48,334 nucleotides of DNA from Variovorax sp. (GTDB taxonomy: Bacteria; Pseudomonadota; Gammaproteobacteria; Burkholderiales; Burkholderiaceae_C). The notes below the pieces were generated by a model. That model was not told the origin of the DNA. It made no database searches and was given only the letters and a program-made list of their open reading frames with translations. The translations under genes and the position numbers were made by a program. Shown piece by piece: positions 29,097 to 37,525 of the stretch. The DNA lies in contig JAQGLP010000109.1 in assembly GCA_028292835.1 (NCBI GenBank), positions 1 to 48,334 on the forward strand. Reading direction: 5' to 3'. The first letter of the stretch is position 1. Each line of letters opens with the position of its first letter.

Positions 29097-29312
29097 TTAG
29101 GCGCGGCCGGAAGGTGGCTCGTAATTCTCCAGGTACCACTGGAGTGCGTCTTGCGCGACGTAAAGAGGATCGGTTTCCAGCAGATTCTTTCGAGCCTCGT
29201 CGACGGTGCCAGGCGTGTGCGGCCAGCAGTATTTCGAATTGAGCCGCAGGCAGCACTTGTTCTCGCAGGCCGGCACCGCGCATTTCGGCCAGGAATTCCA
29301 GTCCATGCTCAC
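29097..29312 (-). CDS. small Cys-rich hypothetical protein
   Basis: CAVPACENKCC..YCWPH motif; GTGA-coupled to upstream gene; start uncertain (29306-29315). Confidence 0.5.
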   Translation of the reverse strand: MSMDWNSWPKCAVPACENKCCLRLNSKYCWPHTPGTVDEARKNLLETDPLYVAQDALQWYLENYEPPSGRA

Positions 29313-29452
29313 CACCAGCCCATGTACTTGCCGGCCATGAAGACGCCCATGATGACCGCACCAGTGAACATGCCACCCATCACCGCCACCGGCGGCAGCA
29401 GCAACATCACGCGCATCACTGCGAAAAGTTGGGCGCGCTCTTCTGGCTTCAT
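29309..29452 (-). CDS. 47-aa membrane protein
   Basis: MKPEERAQLFAVMRVMLLLPPVAVMGGMFTGAVIMGVFMAGKYMGWW; ATGA overlap with the integrase stop codon. Confidence 0.55.
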   Translation of the reverse strand: MKPEERAQLFAVMRVMLLLPPVAVMGGMFTGAVIMGVFMAGKYMGWW

Positions 29453-30561
29453 GCTGTTCCCTTCACCGTGTTCGGCTGCACCGCCTCGTGCCACCGAGCC
29501 TTGACGTAGATCTCGGTGGTCTGCTTCGTCTTGTGGCCGCACAGGGCCTGGATCTTCTCGATCGGCACCTCGGCCAGCCACATATCGGTGGCGCCCTTGC
29601 CCTTGCAGTCGCGGAACCCGAACGACTCGATCAGCGGCAGCCCGCGCGCCTGGCGCCGCACGTTGGCGGTGGCGATCGAGCGGCGCAGCATCGAGCTCAG
29701 GCCGCTGTACGTGTAGAAGCCGCCATCCAGCTTCCTGATGATCGGCTCGGCGACCAGCTGGCGCACGTTGCCCGCCGGCCGCGGCAGCAGCGCCTCGAGC
29801 TCGGGGCTGAACGCGATCACCAGCCGCTGCGGGTTGCGGCGCTTGCCCTTGTTCTGCACGAACTCCAGGGTGCGGCGGTCGGGCCGGTTCACGATCACCG
29901 AGGTGTCCCACTTGATCAGGTCGCTGTCCGGCCGCTGGAGGGTGCGGTAGGTGAGCTCCATCATCAGCCGCTCGGACCGGCTGGCCACCTCGAACACGTC
30001 GCGGTAGTCCTGGTCGCTGACATACCGCTCGCGCTTGCTCTCCGGGTTGCGCTGCACGCCGCTGGCGCGCAGGCAGGGGTTCACCATCAGGCCGGGGCAG
30101 TGCTTCTTGCGCAGCAGCCAGCCGAAGCACGACGACAGGGCCGCGCGCTCGCGGTTGCTGCGCGTCGCGCGGTTCTCGGCGCCGGCCTCCAGGAAGTCCT
30201 GCACCTGGTCGGGGGTGACGTCCGCCGGTGTCATCGGTGGGGCGAAGAACACCCGCAGCGCCCCCGGCTTCTCGTCGGTGCCGATCGCGTCGCGGTAGTC
30301 GGCGAGCGTGCGGGCCGCGAGGCTGCCAGCCTTCACCCGCGCTTCGCAGTCAGCCACGAACATATCGAGCCAGTAGACGAGGGTGCCGGCGCGGCCGCCC
30401 GGATCGTTGTAGATCCTCGCCTTGCGGTTGGCAGCGTCCTTATCCACGCCCAGGTGCTCCCACCCCGCGCCGCGATGGGCGTAGTAGTAGGCGCCGTGGC
30501 TGAAATACACCCGCGGCTCAAGTCCGTTGTCGACCTTGCGTTTACGCCCCATTGGCAACAT
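29449..30561 (-). CDS. int: tyrosine recombinase (phage integrase)
   Basis: 370 aa (alternative start 30552); N-terminal arm-binding segment; TLQRPDSD, FRDCKGKGATD and LCGHKTKQTTEIY motifs; adjacent to att site. Confidence 0.9.
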   Translation of the reverse strand: MLPMGRKRKVDNGLEPRVYFSHGAYYYAHRGAGWEHLGVDKDAANRKARIYNDPGGRAGTLVYWLDMFVADCEARVKAGSLAARTLADYRDAIGTDEKPGALRVFFAPPMTPADVTPDQVQDFLEAGAENRATRSNRERAALSSCFGWLLRKKHCPGLMVNPCLRASGVQRNPESKRERYVSDQDYRDVFEVASRSERLMMELTYRTLQRPDSDLIKWDTSVIVNRPDRRTLEFVQNKGKRRNPQRLVIAFSPELEALLPRPAGNVRQLVAEPIIRKLDGGFYTYSGLSSMLRRSIATANVRRQARGLPLIESFGFRDCKGKGATDMWLAEVPIEKIQALCGHKTKQTTEIYVKARWHEAVQPNTVKGTA

Positions 30562-30562
30562 A

Positions 30563-30877
30563 TTACTTCTTCCGTCTCTGGCTGATCAGGTTCATCAGGG
30601 CGTCGCGGTTCGGCTGCGGCGGCTGGCGCTGGGCGGGCTTGTCCGGCTCCCGGCGGAATTGGCCACTCACCACGGCGTCGTAGTGGGCGCGCGGGAGCAC
30701 CACCCGATTGTTCTTCCCCATGTACGCCAGGGTGTAGCCGCGGTCGTGCAGCTCGCGCAGCTGGCGCGCGGGGTAGCAGTAGCCGCCGGCGGCGTCCCTC
30801 ACCTCATCGTCGGTGAGGTTCAGGCCGCTCGGCCGTGCCGCTGCCGGGCCCGGTAGCTGGTACACCGCTGCGGTCAT
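30563..30877 (-). CDS. excisionase-like protein (DUF4224-like)
   Basis: LTDDEVRDAAGG..PARQLREL motif and C-terminal PN..AL; immediately upstream of int. Confidence 0.7.
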   Translation of the reverse strand: MTAAVYQLPGPAAARPSGLNLTDDEVRDAAGGYCYPARQLRELHDRGYTLAYMGKNNRVVLPRAHYDAVVSGQFRREPDKPAQRQPPQPNRDALMNLISQRRKK

Positions 30878-30880
30878 GCG

Positions 30881-33184
30881 TCAGTCCCAGCGGTCCAGCT
30901 CATATGCGCTCTGCGCACCGCTCTTGCTGGTGACGATCAACACCGGGTGGTCCTTCCCGATCGCCTGCCGGCCTGGTGCTGCCGCGAAAAAGGACGTGCT
31001 GGCACGCGCCCCGCGGGTGTAGCCCTGAGAGAGCGTCGCTGTTGACGCGGCGTAGCTCGCGCCCACATCCTCGAAGCCTCGCTCGGACGCCTCGAACACC
31101 TTGACGTTGCCCTGCGGGATGCCGATGGAACTGGCGTACTCCGCCGGGTGGTAGCCGCGCGCAGCGGCCCCGGCGAACGCGATGGTCCAGCGTCCCGTAG
31201 CCTGCACACGCTGCACCATGGAACGCACGGACGCAGGGCTGAAGCGACGGCTGCCCTCGTCCTTGCCGTCGGTGACGATGCCAAGGAAGAAGGAGGTGTC
31301 CTGCAGGTCTGCATCCTCCCAGTGAATGGCGTCCAGCAGTGTGGCTTGCAGCGTGTCGTTCAGCGCAGTGCCGCCGCTGGCGCCGTGTAGCTGACGCTCG
31401 ATGCCCTCCAGCTGGTCCACGCCGGCACGCGAGAGCAGCGTGGTCGCCTGCGAGCCGAAGCGAACAACCGTGACGTCTACCCGACCCGGCATCATTCGCA
31501 CCGCCGACGCCAACGAGGCAACTGCCTGTCGCGCCGCGCCGATGTGGTCGCGCATGCTGCCGCTGTCGTCCAGCACGAAGATGACGTGAATGCGCTCAGG
31601 CGCGCGGGCCGCTGCTCCCGGCGTCATCGTGGGCTGCTTCGGTGCAGCAGCTTCCGTGAACGTGGTGCCTGCCATGAGGCCGACGCCGAAGCCGATGGCC
31701 GCCGGATCGTCGGCGCCGGCCACGGTGAGCTTGTTCATGTGCGCCTCGATGGTGGAACGGTACGGGTGCAGTTCGCTTTTCAGGTGCTCCGGGAACAGGC
31801 CGCCGCCCGGCTGGCCGCGGTTGTCGTGCGCGCCATCCAGGAGCAGGAATGCGCCGTCGGCTTGGTGCGCCAAGCGGCGCTCGCCCCACTGGCTGGGCGG
31901 GCGCACGATCATGCGGACCTTGGCCAGGGTGCCAGCGGCAAGGCTCCAGTCCTCGGCGCGCGCCGCTGGGCTCGGGAAGCTCCAGGACACCGGGTTCTCC
32001 CATTGCAGGATCTGCGGCGCCTCCGGATCCTGCGCGGTGGTCAGCGCGCAGAACGGGCCGACCATCGGCACGCGGTACTCGATGACGGCCGCGCCCGGCA
32101 GCACGTCGCGCGCGAACTTCTCCCACGTCATCTTCTTGGGCGGGATGGCCAGCTGCGGCACGCCGGGAGACGGATCGGTCTTCAGGTGACCAAAGACGCC
32201 CGCTTTCACTTCGGCGGCGGCGCGGCGCTCGTAGTCGCTGGGCAGCCATACGATGCCCGCGCCCGCAATGTCGTTGGCGGTGACGTAGCGGCGGGCGAAT
32301 GACGGCGCGATGCCCATGGCTTCGACCGCGCGCTCCGCCGCTTCGATTTGGCCGACCTTCGGTGCCGAGGTTGGGCGCTGGTATTCGTCCATGGCCGCGT
32401 CGAACTTGCGCTTGACGACATCCACGGGCGAGCCCTTGGCAATTTCTTCCATGAGGAAGCCCAGCGCACCGCTGCGAGGCGTGCAGTAGCCGTCTGGGGC
32501 CGTAGCCACGGCATGCCACGTCAGGTTGTCGGGCACGGCCTTGCCCTGGCGCGCCTCATGCAGCGCGAAGAGCCACTTCGCCATGGGCATGACCTTCTCG
32601 GCGCGGTGCAGCGTGCCGGATTCCAGCAGCAGCACGGCCTGGGCGACGGTGCCGCGGTCGAACTCTTCCAGCCCGCGACGCAGGGTGTGGAAGTCCTGCC
32701 GCTTCGCGGCCATCGCCTGGCCGGCTGTGTTGGTGAGGCTCGAAAACGCGCGCTGGTTGATGGCGTGCAGGTGGTGCCATTGCCCCGTGACCGGAAACCC
32801 CAGCGTCTTCTCGGGGGAGAGGAACACCCCGGTGACCTTGGCGCGCGCCACCAGCTGCACCATGCGATCGACACCAGCCGTGTACGGGCCGTAGGCGTCC
32901 TCCACCGCCCACACCGCTGGCAGCGTCCAGCCGGTGAAGGGGTCGATGACCACCAGGCCGCCGAACCGCTGGATGAAGTGGCGGCAGGCGTTGCAGTTGT
33001 GGTGCTGGCGCTCCGCTTCGGGGAAGGACTGCAGGTAGGCCTCCCACATCGACTGTGGCGTCACGCTGGTGGTGAAAACCGGCCCGGCGGTGGTATTCCG
33101 CTGGAATCGGGCGCGCACGCGGCCCAGATAGGCGTGGTACTCGGCATCGGTGTTGTTGCCGGCCGTCGCTTGAGCTTCTTGCAT
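30881..33184 (-). CDS. conserved phage protein with a von Willebrand factor A domain
   Basis: 767 aa; AAGGAG RBS; N-terminal HHNCNACRHF motif; vWA MIDAS VLDDSGSM, GGTALND, IVTDG; ends YELDRWD. Confidence 0.75.
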   Translation of the reverse strand: MQEAQATAGNNTDAEYHAYLGRVRARFQRNTTAGPVFTTSVTPQSMWEAYLQSFPEAERQHHNCNACRHFIQRFGGLVVIDPFTGWTLPAVWAVEDAYGPYTAGVDRMVQLVARAKVTGVFLSPEKTLGFPVTGQWHHLHAINQRAFSSLTNTAGQAMAAKRQDFHTLRRGLEEFDRGTVAQAVLLLESGTLHRAEKVMPMAKWLFALHEARQGKAVPDNLTWHAVATAPDGYCTPRSGALGFLMEEIAKGSPVDVVKRKFDAAMDEYQRPTSAPKVGQIEAAERAVEAMGIAPSFARRYVTANDIAGAGIVWLPSDYERRAAAEVKAGVFGHLKTDPSPGVPQLAIPPKKMTWEKFARDVLPGAAVIEYRVPMVGPFCALTTAQDPEAPQILQWENPVSWSFPSPAARAEDWSLAAGTLAKVRMIVRPPSQWGERRLAHQADGAFLLLDGAHDNRGQPGGGLFPEHLKSELHPYRSTIEAHMNKLTVAGADDPAAIGFGVGLMAGTTFTEAAAPKQPTMTPGAAARAPERIHVIFVLDDSGSMRDHIGAARQAVASLASAVRMMPGRVDVTVVRFGSQATTLLSRAGVDQLEGIERQLHGASGGTALNDTLQATLLDAIHWEDADLQDTSFFLGIVTDGKDEGSRRFSPASVRSMVQRVQATGRWTIAFAGAAARGYHPAEYASSIGIPQGNVKVFEASERGFEDVGASYAASTATLSQGYTRGARASTSFFAAAPGRQAIGKDHPVLIVTSKSGAQSAYELDRWD

Positions 33185-33205
33185 AGGTGCTTCTCCTTGG
33201 GGTGA

Positions 33206-33292
33206 TCAGGGTTTCCGGGTGTGAGCGCTGACCGGGAATGGCCAGCAGGTGAGTGCGACTGCGATGCCGGGCTTTGCCGGCTCTGTTTTCAT
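33206..33292 (-). CDS. 28-aa peptide with WPFPVS motif
   Basis: MKTEPAKPGIAVALTCWPFPVSAHTRKP; ATGA overlap with the upstream stop; fills the operon gap. Confidence 0.4.
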   Translation of the reverse strand: MKTEPAKPGIAVALTCWPFPVSAHTRKP

Positions 33293-33525
33293 GGGAGGCA
33301 GTGCGGGCTTCCGCCGCAAAGTAGGTAGTCGGGGTCGAAGTCGGCCAGGCTATCCAGCTCCAGCTCGAAGTTGCGCTCGCAGCGGCGGCAGCGCGCCAGG
33401 TAGGTACCACTGCCGTCTGAGAACTGCTTGACCACGCTCCTGATGCCGTCGGGCAATTCGGGCTCCGACGGGGGCTCGACGGTCGGCTGCGCCTGCCTTT
33501 GAAACCAGCGATCGAAGTCAAGCAT
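33289..33525 (-). CDS. small Zn-finger-like hypothetical protein
   Basis: 78 aa; CRRC...CGGSPHC; GGGGAG RBS. Confidence 0.55.
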   Translation of the reverse strand: MLDFDRWFQRQAQPTVEPPSEPELPDGIRSVVKQFSDGSGTYLARCRRCERNFELELDSLADFDPDYLLCGGSPHCLP

Positions 33526-33913
33526 CTGAACTCCCCTTTGCGCTCGCATCGGTTTGTGCGGTGCGGGGGGTGGGGGTGCCCAGTACCTCCACGCCAGTCG
33601 TTCCCGTCAGCGGGCAAACCCCGTAGTGCGGATCGCCGCACGGCTGTTTGTAGCGATCCACCTTGCACCGCGAACAGACCATCGCCGGCTGAGCCTCGTT
33701 CAAAACTGCCACGCCAGCGGCTGCGCGGCCGGCATCGGTGATGATGAAGTGGCCTTGCCACGCTATCAGCCCGCGCCGCTCCAAAGCTCGCAGGGTTCCC
33801 TCAAAGCCACCGGACGCGGAGCGCCCAGGCGGAAGGCTGTGGCGCGCGCTGCGGCCGGCGGCGAGGTCCACCAGCACCTGACGCATGCCGGCCGAAAGCT
33901 TCTGCGCGCTCAT
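33518..33913 (-). CDS. hypothetical protein with wHTH-like plus Cys-rich parts
   Basis: 131 aa; TLRALERRGLI...ITDAGRAA wing motif; CSRC..C..C. Confidence 0.55.
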   Translation of the reverse strand: MSAQKLSAGMRQVLVDLAAGRSARHSLPPGRSASGGFEGTLRALERRGLIAWQGHFIITDAGRAAAGVAVLNEAQPAMVCSRCKVDRYKQPCGDPHYGVCPLTGTTGVEVLGTPTPRTAQTDASAKGSSDA

Positions 33914-35313
33914 TCTTTTTCGTCCCTCTGGTTGCTGCTCTGTCGGACGGTCGGCACACACACCGCCCCGCCATCACCGCTCTCCCGCTTCCCGTCCCCC
34001 TGGATGCCAGCAGGAGCATGTTCCGGTAGTGGCGAGTGCTTCGGCTTGGTGGCTTGCTTCGCCCTGATCTTCTCCACCATCGTCCAGATGCGGGCCAGTT
34101 CGACTTCGCCCTGTTCGTGCATGTCGATGCCCTGCGCACGGCACAGCGCGGCCAGCGTGACCATGACGCCGCCAGCCTCCTGATGCTTCTCGCCAATCGC
34201 GCGGCCGAAGGTGTAGTCCACGAGCTGGTGCGCCTCGCTCGCAGTGCATCCGCACGCCTGCACCAGTTCCAGGGCCTCTTCCAGGAAGCGGTGATTGCGC
34301 TCCACCGTGTCGCCTGAGATTTCCGGGCCGAAGCAAGCCAGCAGCCACGGCTCTACGCGCTCTTGGAAGTTCGCCTCCCCCTGTGCTGGGGTGGGCTCGC
34401 TGCCAGCGCCAGCAAGCACCGCGCGGATGGCTGCCAGCTTCTCACCTGACGGGGCCCTCGGGCCGAGTGCGCCGTCCAGATGAAGGAGGGCGTAGTTGAT
34501 GCCTTCCGCAAAGCGACATGCGCCGTATTCCTCGATGAGCGGCATCGCGTTCGGTGGCTCCGCCTGTGCTGTTGGGGGCTGGATGCCAGCAGCGCGCTCA
34601 CATTTGTCGCGGCCTTGGCAACTAAGCGGACGAGCGCACGGCCCGGCCGGATCACAGACCCATGGATGCACAGCGCGTTGAAACGCCGGCAGGGGTGCGG
34701 GCTGAGTGGCAGCGGCACGGCAGGCTTGGCCGTATTCGCGCATCTGGTCGGTGGTGTAGAGCGCCTCGTTTGCCTGGAGTGAATAGCTAAGCGGGCCCTC
34801 GCAGTCGCAGTCCACAATCCAGCCGCCGCCCTCGGGCTCGTCGTCGGTGTTGCGCACCATCACCTTCGCTTCGGGCAGTTCCGGTTCCGCGCTGGGTGCG
34901 CCCTGAGTGGCAGTAGCGAGAGCCTTGAGCCTTGTTACTTCATCAACGATCTGATCGTCCGTGACGAGCGGAATGCCAAGGGCGTAGCAGACCTTTAGTC
35001 GCGTCGAGAAAATCACCGGCGAGTAGCCGAACGACTTGCCGTAGAGCGGTTCCGCGCTGGGTGCGCTACTTCCCTTGACCTGGGACGTCAGCGCGGCACA
35101 CCAGCCCCACCACATAGCCGATACAGTTTCATCGACGTAATCGCCGTCGGCGTCACGCCTGCACAATTCCGCCTTCGTCGGGCACCCGACGCTCACGAAG
35201 TCAAGCCCACCAAAGCCTTTCGGCGGGGCTGCGTTGCGCTGGATGCTGGCCTGGAAACGGCGATTGAACACCGTGTCCTCGAATGCCTGGCGGGTGTCCT
35301 CGTGGTCATCCAT
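33910..35313 (-). CDS. mosaic (Ea22/Ead-like) protein with C-terminal MazG-like nucleotide pyrophosphohydrolase domain
   Basis: 467 aa from ATG 35313 (AGGAG RBS); ERNHRFLEEALELVQA...QEAGGVMVTLAALC motif; Pro/Ala linkers between modules. Confidence 0.65.
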   Translation of the reverse strand: MDDHEDTRQAFEDTVFNRRFQASIQRNAAPPKGFGGLDFVSVGCPTKAELCRRDADGDYVDETVSAMWWGWCAALTSQVKGSSAPSAEPLYGKSFGYSPVIFSTRLKVCYALGIPLVTDDQIVDEVTRLKALATATQGAPSAEPELPEAKVMVRNTDDEPEGGGWIVDCDCEGPLSYSLQANEALYTTDQMREYGQACRAAATQPAPLPAFQRAVHPWVCDPAGPCARPLSCQGRDKCERAAGIQPPTAQAEPPNAMPLIEEYGACRFAEGINYALLHLDGALGPRAPSGEKLAAIRAVLAGAGSEPTPAQGEANFQERVEPWLLACFGPEISGDTVERNHRFLEEALELVQACGCTASEAHQLVDYTFGRAIGEKHQEAGGVMVTLAALCRAQGIDMHEQGEVELARIWTMVEKIRAKQATKPKHSPLPEHAPAGIQGDGKRESGDGGAVCVPTVRQSSNQRDEKE

Positions 35314-35611
35314 TGATGTTCTCCTGTGATGGCGGGTTGACCAGCTCGCGCTGGCCGTAGAGGAAGCCGAAGATGCGGCGATCGATGTGCACCGGCTCGG
35401 GCGGCGCGCCGCGGCGCTGCTTATCCTTCCAGCGGTCGGCCTTGGCCACCACCTTGGGATCAGCGCGGTAGCAGGCCTTGCACCACGAATGCGGCTCGCC
35501 CTTGTTGATGAAATAGAACTCCGGGTCGATCGGCCAAAACTCGCCGCACTTCGCGCACCGGATTTCCTCACCCAGCTCGGTGGTGCGCCGCTCGCGCTCA
35601 TTGCTGCGCAT
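35306..35611 (-). CDS. Zn-finger protein
   Basis: 101 aa; CAKC...FY...SWCKAC. Confidence 0.6.
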   Translation of the reverse strand: MRSNERERRTTELGEEIRCAKCGEFWPIDPEFYFINKGEPHSWCKACYRADPKVVAKADRWKDKQRRGAPPEPVHIDRRIFGFLYGQRELVNPPSQENING

Positions 35612-36038
35612 GCTTCGCATCCTTCTCAACTTGCCGGCGGATGGCGCGCAGCTGGCGCGCAATGACGTCGCGGCCGCGCTGGGTGGCCAGTTCGCGGTCG
35701 TCGAAGAACACCGCGTAGTCGTAGCCTTTCACTGTCACCTTCGTGAATGTGGCCTCGCGGGCAAACCGCGGATCTAGCAGGCAGGTTCCCGTGAAGGCCT
35801 GGTACGACTCACGCGCCAGCCGGTACTCCACTCGCCTGCTCAGTGCGTCGGCCACCTTCAGCCGCGTGACGGGGCGGCGCACCGTGCGTGCATCTGTGGG
35901 CTCGCGCTTGCGCTCGTCCAGCGCGCCCAGGCCGGCCGCGCGGCGATCGCTGTGAAAGCACTCCAGCGCCAACTCTGGCGGCATCATCGGGTACCGGGCG
36001 ATCGCGAGCCGGACCACGGCATTCCACTCGTCTCGCAT
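35598..36038 (-). CDS. hypothetical protein
   Basis: 146-aa ORF translationally coupled within the operon. Confidence 0.5.
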   Translation of the reverse strand: MRDEWNAVVRLAIARYPMMPPELALECFHSDRRAAGLGALDERKREPTDARTVRRPVTRLKVADALSRRVEYRLARESYQAFTGTCLLDPRFAREATFTKVTVKGYDYAVFFDDRELATQRGRDVIARQLRAIRRQVEKDAKHAQQ

Positions 36039-36346
36039 CAGGTGCTCCAGTTGTGGCAGCTGACCGGGAACGGCCAGTCAGGTGGTGCGCCGGCTCGCAG
36101 AGCCTCGCGCTCGGCGGCCAGGCGCGTGGCGCGATCGGCGGCGCGCGTAAGGCCGATCCAGTAGGCGCATGCGTCGCGTGCGCCCTGTTCAGACTTCCAG
36201 CGGCGAGGCACCTGGTTGTAGTCGGTCAAGACGAACCGGATCCCGCCCGCTTCATCGCGGCCGACCATCCAGTACGGTTTCACGCCCTTGCGCAGCTGCC
36301 GCCCGGGGATGACGCGCCAGGGCCCGATCACGATCGAAGCCCACAT
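36038..36346 (-). CDS. hypothetical protein with C-terminal WPFPVS motif
   Basis: 102-aa ORF overlapping its neighbours in the operon. Confidence 0.5.
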   Translation of the reverse strand: MWASIVIGPWRVIPGRQLRKGVKPYWMVGRDEAGGIRFVLTDYNQVPRRWKSEQGARDACAYWIGLTRAADRATRLAAEREALRAGAPPDWPFPVSCHNWST

Positions 36347-36606
36347 TCAGCTGCGAACCGCTTGCGCGCCTCGCCACCGCGCACGGTGATCTTGTAGAGG
36401 GTCTGCCGGCCGTTGTGGCCACGCAGGACGGCGACGCGGCGCCGGACGTAGCCGTGCCCGGCCAGACGACTCGCCAGCACGTAGAAGGTGGCGCGCGACA
36501 TATCGCACACGCGGGCCAACTCGGTGCTCGACTGCTCGCCCAGCACGGCCAGCAGCGACAGCACGCGGCACTGCAGCGGAGAAATCGGGGCGGTGTTGCG
36601 CTTCAC
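36328..36606 (-). CDS. winged-helix (MarR/PadR-like) DNA-binding protein
   Basis: 92 aa from GTG; LSLLAVLGEQSSTELARVCDMSRATFYVLASRL...YKITVRG. Confidence 0.65.
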   Translation of the reverse strand: MKRNTAPISPLQCRVLSLLAVLGEQSSTELARVCDMSRATFYVLASRLAGHGYVRRRVAVLRGHNGRQTLYKITVRGGEARKRFAAECGLRS

Positions 36607-37313
36607 GGCTGGATCCCCCGGAACTCGACCACCCAAACCCACGGATTGGCCTGGACGCTGCCGGGGCCGTTGATCGCCTCCCAAAGGCTGAAGTAGCTCT
36701 CGCGTGGGTCAGCTGAGTGGTAGTGCTGCGCCTCGCCGATGCAGTAGCCGCTGAAGCGTTCGCTGTAGGCAATGCCCTCGGCCAGCGCATCAGCCTCGCT
36801 GATCGCCTGCAGCCGCTCGACGCGGACGCCCGTGACTTCCAGCACGATGCGACACACCGCGCGGGGCATGTGGATGCTCGGCTTCCACTTCAGGTCGAGG
36901 TCTTTCCGACACTGGTCGCCATAGCTGCCAGGCAGCGTGTCCGCGCCGTAGGCATAGCGGGTCAGCTTGCCCGTCGTCGGGGTGCGTGCCTCGATGCCGG
37001 TGCCCTGCAAGTCCATCCACGTCTCGCGCACCCACAGCCGGTCGCCTGGAGCGCCATAGGGACACTTCACGCTATGCGAGCCGCACAGGTGTTTCTTCGG
37101 CCGGTTCTGGTACAGCGGGCCACCCCATGCTTCCCAGCAGTGATGCAGCGGCCCGCGCTTCTCGGCAGGTAGCCAAGACTCGTTCCCGAGCATGTAGTGG
37201 ATGCCGCATTCCTCTGGCGGCTGCGGCTTCACAGCCCGCCGTGTCTGCGTCTTCGTGCCGGCCAGGATCGCGCGGACCATGGCGCCTTGGAAGAGGATGG
37301 GGCGCTCTTTCAT
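36603..37313 (-). CDS. ASCH/PUA-like phage protein
   Basis: 236 aa; MKERPILF...AILAGTKTQTRR, PGDRLWVRE, WKPSIHMPR, NPWVWVVEF. Confidence 0.8.
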   Translation of the reverse strand: MKERPILFQGAMVRAILAGTKTQTRRAVKPQPPEECGIHYMLGNESWLPAEKRGPLHHCWEAWGGPLYQNRPKKHLCGSHSVKCPYGAPGDRLWVRETWMDLQGTGIEARTPTTGKLTRYAYGADTLPGSYGDQCRKDLDLKWKPSIHMPRAVCRIVLEVTGVRVERLQAISEADALAEGIAYSERFSGYCIGEAQHYHSADPRESYFSLWEAINGPGSVQANPWVWVVEFRGIQP

Positions 37314-37525
37314 GACGGCACCCGCGCGAGCGGTCCGTAGAAGGTGGCGCCCTGGTCGAGGTGCCAGCCGCCAGGCCGAAGCTCCCCATCCCGAGCGAAG
37401 TCCCGCGGGCGCAGCTGATGGCAGCGGCCGTCCGGGTCGACCTCGCAAAAAGCGAGGGCGGCGGCAGTGACCACGATGTAGATCCCGGGACGGGACAACA
37501 GGACGTCGACGCTCTGCGTTTCCAT
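37310..37525 (-). CDS. hypothetical protein
   Basis: 71 aa; GGAGG RBS; coupled to both neighbours. Confidence 0.5.
   Translation of the reverse strand: METQSVDVLLSRPGIYIVVTAAALAFCEVDPDGRCHQLRPRDFARDGELRPGGWHLDQGATFYGPLARVPS

Larger units (their letters stand above)
28844..29102. mobile_element. attP region: tRNA-derived core flanked by integrase arm-type repeats
   Basis: TACTGGATATT(G/A)GGC at 28844-28858 and 29088-29102; TGCCTAATA at 28862-28870 and 29031-29039; TTTGCCCAA at 28872-28880; core lies between them; integrase is adjacent. Confidence 0.8.

Noticed and set aside
28920-29504. 194-aa plus-strand ORF across the att site
   Set aside because: Its start is a translation of the tRNA antisense strand (APRPGLEPGTYGLT), a common false ORF, and it overlaps better-supported minus-strand genes
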